Origin: the human T2T-CHM13v2.0 reference genome, Homo sapiens | Length of the DNA stretch: 64,000 bases | Assembly: GCF_009914755.1 (NCBI RefSeq) | Contig: NC_060937.1 | Reading direction: 5' to 3' (one strand) | In this document: piece by piece, positions 29,251 to 41,782 of the stretch | Numbering within the stretch: position 1 is the first letter of the stretch | Layout: each line of letters opens with the position of its first letter | Program-made: the position numbers and the translations under genes | The notes under the pieces: model-generated | Databases searched by the model: none | The model's input: the letters and a program-made list of their open reading frames with translations, nothing else | Told to the model about the DNA's origin: nothing

Positions 29251-31194
29251 GTGAGCTGGTAAGAGGAGGCCGAGGGTGTCTGTTTTTGTTCTAGGTGTCT
29301 CCAGAAGAAAGACAGAGACCCAGATTCCTGTTTATAAAGAGGACAATTAACCTGAGAAGAGACTGGGAGTTCCCAAGATTTTCCCCAGCTTAATCCCACT
29401 GGTCCTCTGAGGACCAGGACGGCAGATCTGACTTTCCTGGGTACCATGAGAAAGCCAGGGGAGGGCAGATCTTACCAGTCAGCTGGATTTGTGTCTGGTG
29501 TTGGATGTTCCAGTTGGAATTGGCAAAGCACCTCCCAGACTGGAGCCACGTGAGGAAGACAGAGAGAGAGAGAGAGAAGGATATGAAGAGGAAGAAGAAG
29601 AAGAAGAAGGAGGAGAAGGGAGGAGGAGAAGGAGGAGAAGGAGAGAAGGGTTAGAGAGTGAAATGCCCATTGTGAGCGGTTGGAGGTGGATTTCTGAGAC
29701 CTGAGGATTTTGAGAGCCCACTGGGGAGTAGCCCCGGCCCAAGCCTCACAGTTCCCTTCGGGTCAGTTGTCCTCCTTATGCAAATTGCTCAGAAAGTAAA
29801 GTGAGAGAAAAGACAAGGCAGGTGGCTAGAGGCCCTCAGGATCTAGGAATTAGCCTGGGACGAGCTGCCACTGCCCACGGCTTCCTGGGTTGCAAGAGAG
29901 CCTCTGGCCCCAACACCTGTCCTAGGTTTCGGCACCAAATGTAAGAGTTAAAGAGGAAAGAAACATGAAAAGTGGCTCAACCATCAAAGAGAGGTTTATT
30001 TTGGAGAATAAACATGAGAGGGGCTTCTGGTGAATTTAGGTCAGGAGTGTTCTCTCTTATATAAGGGTATTTAAGGGTTTATGAAGCGGGGAGCTTATTG
30101 CAGGAGCAGAATGTTTCTGGGTGGAGGAGAGTTTTATTGCAGGGTTGGAATGTTTCTGGTCGGAGGTGTCATTTGTGGTTTATGGTCATGCTGACATTAG
30201 TCAGTAAGTTGATGTTTCTGGGGCTGGATTTAGGCAGTTTTTAGTCAAAGGGAACTTAAAATGGCAGTGTTTGTCCAAGATGGTGATGCCCCTGCTCTGT
30301 CACTGGCAAAGTGCCCAGGCTGAGAGTCATTTCCTGAAGTTCACTGCCCTGCACGCAGGCACTGGCTTTGCCTTCTGATTTCCACCTGCACTTCTAATAC
30401 CATGACAGAGGTTGCCCTCCAGGCAAAACACTGCAGGGCAGAGAGGGAGGCTTGCGGGCTTCCCTCACCCCCAGCTGCGGTTTCTGACTCAGCTGGCACT
30501 AGGGTCTCATGTTTGCTCCTCGTCCTACCTCTCTTGCTGTTGTCTTTAGCAAATGCATGAGCAAAGAGAGGTCTTAGACCACTGACAGAGAAATAGACCC
30601 ACCGGAGGAGAGAGGCTGGAAAGCTGAAAAGTTCAATTAAAGAAACTTCTAAGTCAGCAGAAATTTAGAAATTCAGTCTCCCCAACATGAGCTTTCCCTG
30701 GTTTTGAAACCCTTAGGTCATTGGTCAGGGTCAGAAGTAGGAACGGTTGCCGCTGGGCTTGGAGACCCCACTCTGGACGTGACTGTGGGTGCTGGACGTC
30801 CCCAGGCCTCCCTGTCCTCTTCTCGATGAAGGGATGATAGGGTTGCCCTCAGGGGCTCAGGAGAGGCAGGAAAAACACCTGGGATAGTGGCTTGACGTAC
30901 TCACACATCCCTGTGTCTTCTCGGACACTCCCGGAGCCAGATGCTTCTCGGAGTGTTTTGGATTTTAGGAGGGAACGTGGGGATGGGCCAGACCGTTTGA
31001 TTCCTCCAGTGGAGTCTGAGGCAGTCTCCCACTTCGTGTTTCCAAAGCAAAGCACACGAACATTCACACAACGTGGGGTAAATGCAGGCTGTGCATGGAC
31101 TTCTTCAGACCAGGGCATGCTTTGCTGTAAAATGAATTCAAGCATCAAACCGTGAGGGCTCTGGACTTCGGGATTCTAGCCAGAGAACCATGGG

Positions 31195-31760
31195 CCACCA
31201 TCATCACCATCCCCACTGTCATCACAGTCTTTACTATCCCCGCTGTCACCATTGTCACCATCGTCACCATCCCTACTGTCATCACTGTCATTGCCATCAT
31301 CACCATCCTGTCATCACTGTCATCACCATTGTCACCATCCTCGCTGTCATTGCCATTGTCACCTTCCCCACTGTCATCACCATCCCCATCACCATCACTG
31401 TCGTCACTGTAATTACCGTCTTCACTGTCATCACCGTCACCATCGTCACCATCCCCACTGTCATCACTGTCATCACCCTCGTCACCATCATCACTGTTGT
31501 CATCACCATCACCATCATCAGTGTCATCACCATCACTGTTGTCACCATCATCACCATCACCATCATCACCATTGTCACCACTGTCATCACCATTGTCACC
31601 ATCGTCAACATCATCACCGTCATCACCATCATCATCACCATCATCACTGTTGTCACCATCACCGTCGTCACTGTTGTCACCATCATCACCATCATCACTG
31701 TCGTTACCCTCATCACCATCATCACTGTCATCACCATCACCGTCATCACTGTCGTCACTA
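31195..31760. repeat. Degenerate (CAT/CAC/TGT) trinucleotide repeat
   Basis: Triplet-periodic low-complexity tract; source of the His/Thr/Ser-rich ORFs. Confidence 0.95.
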
Positions 31761-33079
31761 GCAGCAGCTGCTTCCTCTCTGCTGGGGAGTGAATTTCCTC
31801 CCTGGCATCCACGTCAGAGAGCAGGCAGGAAAAGGGATTGCAGACGAGTCATCAGAAGAAACCATTACGATGGATTTCTCATTTCTCGGTCTGGGCTGGT
31901 GGCGTTGGAGATCATCTGTAGTGGCCTCTCATTCACTGAGAAGGAGGCCACGTCTTGGTTTTTGAGGAGGAGTGAGCCCTGTTCCAGGCTCACTAGTTAC
32001 ACATGTGACATGCATGGGGCATGCCTTCACACAGGAGACCACATTACTCCTGGCAATGGGCCCCGTAAGGCACTTCTGAGAGGTTCTAGTTGTTCGTTGT
32101 TTCATACCTGGACTCTGACACTTTAATGAACAGAACATGTGAAAATATGTCATAATTAAATAATTTTAAAATTTTGTCTCTAATAGAGAAAACTTACAGT
32201 AGGCCTTGTGCAAACCTGCTAGCTCCACAGTCAGCCACGTGCACGCGCAGGGGTGTTTTCGGAAGAGCTACATTGGGCATCTCCCAGAGCCAACGGTCTG
32301 GATTTTAATTTGGTTGCTCTCCTTTATCACTTATTTATTAGCATTTGAAAAACATGTATTCTAGACTAAAATAATGCCTGATTGGTTTAAGTTGGAAAAC
32401 AGTTTTTAAACGTTCTAAGAATTTCTTCAGTGTGTGGGGAAGGCTTAAAAGGACAGAGGCTGCCTGTTGCTGACCTGAGTGGTGCGGCTTCTCTTCTCCG
32501 TTTGCTCACAGAAACCGATGATAGGTGAAATGAGCAGGTCAAAGTTCAGGGTCTTTGGAGGGTGTGGATGGTGCGAGTGTAGGGTGTAGACAGTGGCGAC
32601 CATGTGGGGAGCCCCTGAGTTTTGTGGTTCTGGGACACCCGCATGGCAGGTGTGCAGGTCAGACGTGAAGAAGGGAAGCTGGAGAGGAAATTGTTAATGA
32701 GCTGAAATTGTACATGGCTTAGAACTGTGAGCAGGGACCTGCTTGTGAAGTGAATTAGGTTGTGCCTGGGAAAGCAGTGGGGAGGGGAGTGTGAGAGCCG
32801 TGAATGTGTCAAATGCTCATGGTGAATCGCGTCAGCTGGGGCTGAGGGTGACCCCTGGATTGATGGCAGGCAGGGCATGGTGACCTTGGGAGGGGCAGAT
32901 TTGGGCTTGGTGACCCAGGAAGGAGGAACCAGCTGCAGGTGCCGTCCACTCTCTCCAGGAGGTTTACTCTAAAGGAAGCGAGGCGGAGGAGAGGGCATGG
33001 ACGGGGAGGAGGTGTTGAGAAGACATCTGTGGTTAAGACGGGATGGGCAGCTCCAGGTGTCGGCCAGGGGCACCATGCC

Positions 33080-33548
33080 GCAGAGGGGAAGGTGGAGGGA
33101 GTGGGGATGGGCAGAGGGGAAGGCGGAGGGGGTGGGGATGGGCAGAGGGGAAGGCGGAGGGGGTGGGGATGGGCAGAGGGGAAGGCGGAGGGGGTGGGGA
33201 TGGGCAGAGGGGAAGGCGGAGGGGGTGGGGATGGGCAGAGGGGAAGGCGGAGGGGGTGGGGATGGGCAGAGGGGAAGGCGGAGGGGGTGGGGATGGGCAG
33301 AGGGGAAGGCGGAGGGGGTGGGGATGGGCAGAGGGGAAGGCGGAGGGGGTGGGGATGGGCAGAGGGGAAGGCGGAGGGGGTGGGGATGGGCAGAGGGGAA
33401 GGCGGAGGGGGTGGGGATGGGCAGAGGGGAAGGCGGAGGGGGTGGGGATGGGCAGAGGGGAAGGCGGAGGGGGTGGGGATGGGCAGAGGGGAAGGCGGAG
33501 GGGGTGGGGATGGGCAGAGGGGAAGGCGGAGGGGGTGGGGATGGGCAG
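33080..33548. repeat. G-rich minisatellite, 31-bp unit GCAGAGGGGAAGGCGGAGGGGGTGGGGATGG, 14 identical + 1 diverged copy
   Basis: Perfect 31-bp periodicity from 33111 to 33545. Confidence 0.97.
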
Positions 33549-34821
33549 CAGAGGCTGCATCAGGTGCCTCTCGCAGGTGGAGCTGCTGGCCTGGGTGGGG
33601 GCTCAGGGGTTGCACTGCCTGCGTGGCCTGGCACTGGCGCAGCAGAGGCTCCTCTCTGCCCTCGGCTGGTGGCTCCCTGTGTCTCCTCCTGCCACACGTG
33701 GCCATCCTAGTGCTGGATTTATGGCGTACACAGCCATCTTAGCCGTCATCGTGTGGGTGATAACAGACCTGTGAGATGGAAGTGGCTGCTCTTGCCCATC
33801 CGGGCCCTGGCTCTGTGCCGTCATCAGCACGGTGTCACCGTGTGGCCGCCCTCCACCCGTTTGTCTCTGCACACTCGACCTGTGTACTCCACTCGCGCTT
33901 CTGGCCCTCACCATCGCCGTCACCTCCTGCCTGGGCCCTGCCGCTGCCCTCACCCCAGCCAGAGTTCTGGGAAACCCCAGGGAAGCTGGCTCCCCTCCCA
34001 CTGACCACTGCACCCGGGGGCCGCGCCGCGCCTCCCTCCCTCCCTCCTGCCCCACTCATCCTGCCTCGTGGAGGCCACCGACCGACTGCCCTGGTGCTCC
34101 TTAGACCCACATGCCATGCTGTGGGGCCTTTGCAGGTGCTGCTGGGTGGCCTGGGCAGGGTCTCCACCTTGTTGAGTCTCTGCTCGAATGTCCCAGACCA
34201 CAGAGACCCAGCCGCCCTCTTGAGGTAGCTGCACCCGGGCCACTCTCCCTCCCCACCTTATCCCCTTCCTTCTTTTCCTCTGATCACCATGACCTTATGC
34301 TCAGTGTGGTTTTTTTTTTTTTGTAAATCTACTTTCTTCTGTTGGAATGTAAACTCTGAGAGCAGAGGCATTTGAAGGTGACCTTTGCTCAAGAGAAGAT
34401 GCCCCAACAGAATGCAATGAGATCTTCACAGCCTTCAGTCCAGATCCTTGTGGCTCCAGTGCAGGGACAGAGTTTCTCCTGGCAGTGGCCGTAGACATGC
34501 GCAGTCCTCATGGGCTATGGAGAGTGGGTTGCTTGTGTCTTTGGAGAATTGATCTGGTTCCTGCTATGCACGTTCTAGGTCACAAAAAATTTATCTGAAC
34601 AAGAGTTAACAATGCCTGGAGAAAAGTCGTGACAGAGCCAGGCAGTCCAGGGGGATGTGGGCTGTTCCCTGAGGCAGCTCTCGTGAGGCTGGTTCTGGCA
34701 ATGACTTTCGGACTTAGCCAGAGGAGCTGGAGGAGGCCATTCCCAATGTCTTTCCCAACACCACTGCCTGGACTCGGGTTGAAGCACCATGAGAAGCTCT
34801 TGGCATTTTCATGTTTCTGGC

Positions 34822-36020
34822 TGTCCTAGTGCTGACTGACCAGGCACATGGACATCCTAACACTGAACTGACCATGTACATGGACATCCTAGCCCTGGAC
34901 TGACCGGGCATGTGGACATCCTAGCCCTGGACTGACCGTGTACATAGACATCCTAATGCTGAACTGACCGTGTACATGGACATCCTAGCCCTGGACTGAC
35001 TGGGCACGTGAACATCCTAGCACTGGACTGACCATGTACGTGGATGTCCTAGTGCTGAACTGAACAGGCACGTGGACATCCTAACACTGAACTGACCGGG
35101 CATGTGGACATCCTAGCGCTGGACTGACTGGGCACGTGGACATCCTAGCACTGGACTGACCGGGCACGTGAACATCCTAGCGCTGGACTGACTGGGCACG
35201 TGGACATCCTAGTGCTGGATTCACTGGGCACATGGACATCCTAGTGCTGGACTGACCGGGCACATGGACATCCTAGTGCTGGACTGACCTGGCACATGGA
35301 CATCCTAACACTGAACTGACCAGACACGTGGACATCCTAACACTGAACTGACCGGGCATGTGGACATCCTAGCGCCGGACTGACCGGGCACGTGGGCATC
35401 CTAACACTGAACTGACCAGACACGTGGACATCCTAGCACTGAACTGACTGGACACATGGACATCCTAGCTGTGGACTGACCGGACACATAGACATCCTAG
35501 CACTGAACTGACTGGACACATGGACATCCTAGCTGTGGACTGACCGGACACGTGGACATCCTAGCACTGAACTGACTGGACACATGGACATCCTAGCTGT
35601 GGACTGACCGGACACGTAGACATCCTAGCACTGAACTGACTGGACACATGGACATCCTAGCTGTGGACTGACCGGACACGTGGACATCCTAGCACTGAAC
35701 TGACTGGACACATGGACATCCTAGCTCTGGACTGACCGGACACGTAGACATCCTAGCACTGAACTGACTGGACACATGGATATCCTAGCTGTGGACTGAC
35801 CGGACACGTGGACATCCTAGCACTGAACTGACTGGACACATGGACATCCTAGCTGTGGACTGACCGGACACGTGGACATCCTAGCACTGAACTGACTAGA
35901 CACATGGACATCCTAGCTCTGGACTGACCGGACACGTAGACATCCTAGCATTGAACTGACTGGACACATGGATATCCTAGCTCTGGACTGACCGGACACG
36001 TAGACATCCTAGCACTGAAC
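34822..36020. repeat. Minisatellite, 32-bp unit GGACATCCTAGCACTGAACTGACTGGACACAT, ~37 copies, with a 64-bp dimer in the 3' half
   Basis: 32-bp period; strict alternation of two variants from about 35425. Confidence 0.96.
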
Positions 36021-38542
36021 TTGCTGCGCGTGGCCACACTCTCGCTGAATTTTACCTTTCACACTGAAAGAGCGGGAGGAAGGACAGCCAGGCAGAGCTG
36101 GGACATCTGCGAGGACGTTCGCAGGGTGGGAAGTGTTATGCATGACCAAGTTTGAATGTGTTTATGAAACATGGGTGATGGAAGGTAGACCCTGCAATTT
36201 TTAGGGATGCTCTAACAATTCGGTGCTTCTGTGATGTTTTGGGTGAAATTGGGTGGGGGTGAAATATGAACACCTCTCAACGGTCTGGGCCTGTGTCCTG
36301 CCCAGGGCTGGGTTGCAGCAGGTTCCTGGCTCCATGGCATTCATGAGGGGTTACTGGGTTGGAAGGTGAACATCTAGGGCCAGCACATCCTGGCAGAGTC
36401 TCTGCTGCACGCATTTATGGTGAGAGACCCAGCAGAGCCTGGATGAGTCACCTGCCACCCACTTCTGAAAGTGGCCGGGGCATCTAGCGGGTGGCACCTG
36501 CCGGCCGCCGAGCCGGACAGGGACGCTGGATCCTCCTGGGATGGCTTCGGCTCCCACTAGGCAGATGTGGGCTTCCTAACGTTGGGCAGCCCCAACGAAT
36601 CTGGGGGACCACACTGGTCACACACCCCTCAGGGATCTGTGGGAGCGACGTCGTGTGGACAGATGTCCCCTTGGGGACACCAGTGGCTCTGAGGGTGGTG
36701 ACTCAACCAGGAGCAGGGAAGGGGTGCTTGTGCTCCTGAGCTGAGGCGCTGTCTGAGCGAAAGATGTTTAGAGCCCCAAGTCCTTAGAGCCGCACCTGCA
36801 AAATGCAAATTGTGATGATGATGTCACAGTTGTGCGGATTAGAAGGATGGGTCGAGCGAAAGAACTTTGGAAGCTTTAAAGTGATTTTCTTCATCTTTAA
36901 GTCTTTTTTCCTTCTGCCTCTTTGGTTGGGAATTGTGCCCAACAGAAGCTGTGGGAGTTCTTAAGGAGCGTGTGCAGTGGTGACGGGACCACGGCCCCTC
37001 TGCGTGCTTGCATCTAATGCTGGAAGCATGTCTGCAGGCATGATGGGATGTGACGCCGCTCTCCCTGCAATGCTAGAGCGAGGCACGCAGCTCCCTGATC
37101 CAGGCCGGCACCCACGAGAAGGGTGCACTGCGGGGCAGGAACATCCCCCGGAACTGCGGGAGGCCCCAGAGCTGGGGACGCGGCCCCGCTGGAGGCCGGC
37201 TTTCATCTTCCTCTGGGAAGGTGGAGGGGCTTGGCCCCGACTGGGAAACCTCAAATGTTGCCCTCTGAGCCGTCTGTGTGTGTTTTTATGTATTTGTTCA
37301 AACAATTACATTTTTAATGTATTTTACGTATTTATACCTAACTGAATGTAGGAAATTTCAGTTAGGTGTAATTTCTGCCCGCTGTTTTTACACAGCTCTG
37401 CATAATAGTCATTTTACTTTTATGCAGCAGTTTCATCAGGAAAATAGGAAGGTGAAGGAAGTCTCTTGCCTTCGGCCACACAACCTTGGCATTGACGACC
37501 TTCTGACCGTAACATGGTGGCTGCAGCTCACCCCTAGCCCTGCACATCGTGGCCTCTGCCCCACCTCAGTGGGCCCCAGTCCCACCGACGTGCAGCCCCC
37601 AGCACCTTCCCTGTCTCCCCTTGAGGAAATTCTGTTTATTCTTCCAGGACTCGTTCAGGCCTTCCTTCTTTCTCAGGGTGCAATGAGGCCTTCCTTGTGT
37701 GTGCACCCAGAGCCCTGGCTTATGCTTTGCTATGGTGGCCGTCAGACGGGGTCAGCTGTTCAAGAGGGAACCTCCCTCATCTGTCTGTTCCTCCAGCACA
37801 CTGGGCAGCTACACCATGCGATGGGCTCCGTCATTATTTAGTCAGTCGAACCAGAGCAATTAGGCAGAAGAGGAGATTTTTAAATTGCCACAGCCTGTAG
37901 AAAGTCCAAATAGAAGTAAGCTTTTGGTTCAGACCCAGGCTAATGCAGCCATGGTTTTCTGCACAGCTTTCTTCTGGGAGCATCTCAACTTTCTTTTAGG
38001 CAATCGATGATAAAATGCCAGAAACGTGAGACGCGGGAAGGGCGGGGAGGTGCCTGTTTTGCTCATGTCTGCGCCTGCAGCACCAGGCTGCGTATCCCGT
38101 GGGGACGCTGGAGCGTCCGTGACACTCATGAATAAGTCAGTGAACCCAGCACCTCCCTTTCCAGAGGGGGAACCAAGGACCACTAGGGGCAAGTCCAGCC
38201 CAGCAGTTCAGAGAACGCTCTGGAAGGACTCAGCTTGCCAGCTCTGCTCTGCTCTGCCTGGGGAGGTGGAGGGGGGATGCGAGGGTAAGGGCTCCGGTCC
38301 AAGGCCACCCCGAGAACCCTTGTGCTGCCCTTGGGTCTGGTGGCCACGTCCCCCTCTGCCCCCTCGCACAGCCACTGGGAGACAGAGCTCAGGGGTGTCG
38401 GCCAGCTTCCTGCTAACTGCCCGGACTTTGTTCAGACCTACCTCTTCTCGTAAACCTAAAGTATGTATTTTGGAAGGGCACGTGCTTGATGTCTGAGCTC
38501 TCAGAATGTCTCGTCTGATCTGCTGTGGAGGAAAGTTGCCTT

Positions 38543-38773
38543 AGAAGAAGGTGCCAGCAGGTGGGAGAACCATCTCTCTGTAACTCACGCAGGGACCGTG
38601 CTGGTCTGGGACCCACCTGAGAAGAAAGGTGCCAGCAGGTGGGAGAACCATCTCTCTGTAACTCACGCAGGGACCGTGCCGGTCTGGGACCCACCTGAGA
38701 AGAAAGGTGCCAGCAGGTGGGAGAACCATCTCTCTGTGACTCACGCAGGGACCGTGCCGGTCTGGGACCCACC
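38543..38773. repeat. 78-bp tandem repeat, 3 copies
   Basis: ggtgccagcagg at 38550, 38628, 38706. Confidence 0.93.
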
Positions 38774-40371
38774 CAAGGACGCACTGACTTCTGTGGACTC
38801 GCTCTCCGGCCCGCTGCCCCAGCCCTGCCGCCTCATCACTCACATTTAATGCAAGGTGGCATCGGTGACTGCCAAGCGTGGGCTCACCAGGAAGCCCCCA
38901 GTTGACAGCTCTTCCTCTGCTGAAGGATAAAAACACCCAGACTCGCAGTGAGGGTGCCCACTGTTTAAAAAAGAAGCTGCACTTTCCTCCGCAAAAGGGC
39001 TTGGCCAGCAGCGTGGTGCGCCCTGGACCGGCTCTGATGGGGCTTCCAGGGAGGACCCCCAGCGGGCCTGTGGTGTGGAGGGTCAGAAGGAGAGGGAGGG
39101 GCAGGCGGCCACCACTGGTCCATGGCCTGAAAGGTTTGGGCCCGCCAGCCCCCACCCCCCGCCTTCTGCTGCTGTGGGGCCTGATGGGAATGCGTCCCAC
39201 CTGCGAATCCAGCGGGTAGCGTTAGAGCCTTGGCAGATGGGCTGGATTTGGCTTCTCTTTGGGTTGCGGGTGACGATAGGTGTGCAGCCTGGGGCAGAGA
39301 TGGACACACAGGGCCATGCTGACATCGGGGGAAGAGGCCACAGCAGTTCCACGTGAGGGTCACGGTCGATGGAACTCCTCTCTCCACATACTTGGCTCCC
39401 CAGGGAGAAGGAAGGTCGGGGTGCCTCTGCCGGGCGTCTTTGCAAGTGTGAGGAGGAGACCACTCTGCTCGGTCGGCTCTGCTCTGAGTCTGGACGAGCA
39501 CCCACGCTCGTGCCTGGTGCGCAGGACAGGTCCGAACAGACTCAGGCTTCCCCTGTCCCTGTGTAGCACCATGTGCCCGAGCCACAGGCCCTCCCTCTGC
39601 TGTCACCGATGGGTTCTGCTTGTCACTGGGACCTCTTTCCCGAGCCGACAACTCATCCATCGGGACGGAACCAAGCGAGATGCCAACTCGGGGCCACAGT
39701 TTTCAGCGGCCATTCAGGAGGGTCTGCTCTGCCCAGCGTGGTACCAAGCCAGGCACCGAGAAAAGAATGACAGCACCCGCCCTCTGGTCAGGGGTCCACG
39801 GGGATGGAGACTCCCTGCTAGTTTTTAGGGTTAGGGCAGGACACCCCGCTTTATAGCAGAGTTTGTAGTGGCAAGAAATTGCCAACTGTTTAACTATCCA
39901 TCAGAGTGCACTGGTTAACTAACGCACTATAAACCATTCCTGGCTCCAAGCTCCAAGACCATTAGGTAGGAAAAGCAGGTTGTGCGACAGTGTGTGAAGC
40001 TGATCCGATGACTGTAAAGGCCTGTGTCAAGCATGCACATGTGTGTGCGTGTGATGAGCACACATTAGGGTTGGGCACACGCCCTGCCGTCTGGGGTTGC
40101 TTCTCAGAGGCGCGTGCCGAGGGCCCGGGGATGGCAACGCCCTTCCGTGCAGAAGGCGCCTGGGTGGGTCTTGCGGAATAGACGCGTGAGGACGACCCGC
40201 AGGGTGGAGTCCGGCCTGGCCAGGGCTGGAAGTCATAGGACGAAAGGTAGAGGTGAGAAGAGGCAGTTCTGTGAAAGAAGCCCCGACCTCGAGCTGGGAC
40301 TTTGAATTGGTTTGCGTTTGAAAACCGGGGTTGGTAAAAGCTGGGCACCCACACCTCTCCTTCTGTTGCAG

Positions 40372-40461
40372 CTGGTGGCAGCGATCGTGTTTATCAGTTT
40401 TGGCGTGGTGGCCGCCTTCTGCTGCGCCATCGTGGACGGCGTATTTGCAGCACAGCACATT
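40372..40461 (+). CDS. TMEM255B: TMEM255B exon 4 ([30 protein letters not shown]; TM3)
   Basis: Acceptor ctctccttctgttgcAG; donor ATT|GTGAGT; 90 nt; hydrophobic segment seen in ORF 40312..40596. Confidence 0.96.
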
Positions 40462-40627
40462 GTGAGTACATTGTCATTGTGTGCACAGTCGCTTTCCGGG
40501 GCTGAAAGAGTCGACGTGAAAAAAGTACAATTTCATTTTGCAGATCTCAGCTCAGACGGCTTCACCGTCAGTCTCCACGCTGGGGGTTGCCAGTGACTGT
40601 CTCTCCTCTCAGCAAGTCTCATTTCCT

Positions 40628-41782
40628 ACACAACGAACTTCCCTCTCCACACAGACTACACACACCACACAACACACAGAGCACACAGCACACACCACAA
40701 CAGAGCACAGAGCACACACACCACAACAGAGCACACAGCACACAACACACAGAGCACACAGCACACACAACACAGCACACACCACACAACACACAGAGCA
40801 CACAGCACACACACCACAACAGAGCACACAGCACACACCACACACCACACAACACACAGAGCACACAGCACACACACAACAGAGCACACAGCACACAACA
40901 CACAGAGCACACAGCACACACACCAAAACAGAGCACATAGCACACACCACACAACACACAGAGCACACAGCACACACACAACAGAGCACACAGCACACAC
41001 ACAACAGAGCACACAGCACACACACCAAAACAGAGCACATAGCACACACCACACAACACACAGAGCACACAGCACACACACCATAAGAGTACACAGCACA
41101 CAACACACAGAGCACACAGCACACACACAACACAGCACACACCACACAACACACAGAGCACACAGCACATACACAACAGAGCACACAGCACACACACAAC
41201 AGAGCACACAGCACACAACACACAGAGCACACAGCACACACACCATAACAGAGCACACAGCACACAACACACAGAGCACACAGCACACACACAACAGAGC
41301 ACACAGCACACACCACACAACACACAGAGCACACAGCACACAACACACAGAGCACACAGCACACACACAACAGAGCACATAGCACACACCACACAACACA
41401 CAGAGCACACAGCACACAACACACAGAGCACACAGCACACACACAACAGAGCACATAGCACACACCACAGAGTACACACCTCACACACCACACAGAGCAC
41501 ACGCCTCACACACCACACAGAGTACACACCTCACACACCACACAGAGCACATACCACACAGAGTACACACCTCACACCACACAGAGTACACACCTCACAC
41601 CACACAGAGCACACACCTCACACACCACACAGAGCACACACCACACAGAGCACACACCACACAGAGTACACACCACACACACCACAGAGAGCACACACCA
41701 CACACACTACACACACCACACAGAGCACACAGCACACACACCACACAGAGCACACACCACACACACATACACACCACACCAC
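40628..41782. repeat. CA-rich (CACAG/CACAC) compound repeat just downstream of exon 4
   Basis: About 1.15 kb of degenerate tandem units; source of the Cys/Val-rich ORFs. Confidence 0.95.

Larger units (their letters stand above)
23941..30302 (-). mobile_element. Class I endogenous retrovirus provirus (MER61/LTR19-like LTRs, tRNA-Phe PBS), apparently non-autonomous
   Basis: Two homologous LTRs 23941-24340 and 29940-30302 with TG...CA ends; TSD CTGGC at 23936-23940 and 30303-30307; PBS TGGTGCCGAAACCTAGGA (- strand, 29937-29920), 16/18 match to the tRNA-Phe 3' end; family name from recall. Confidence 0.9.

Noticed and set aside
31190-32126. His-rich, Thr/Ile-rich and Ser/Pro-rich ORFs
   Set aside because: Translations of a trinucleotide low-complexity repeat
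34822-36020. CRISPR-like appearance of regular 30-37-bp repeats, here and in other arrays
   Set aside because: Head-to-tail units without unique spacers, no cas genes, eukaryotic context
40538-41527. Cys/Val-rich ORFs of about 300 aa (also 19375-20359 and 2079-2705)
   Set aside because: Dinucleotide-repeat artefacts
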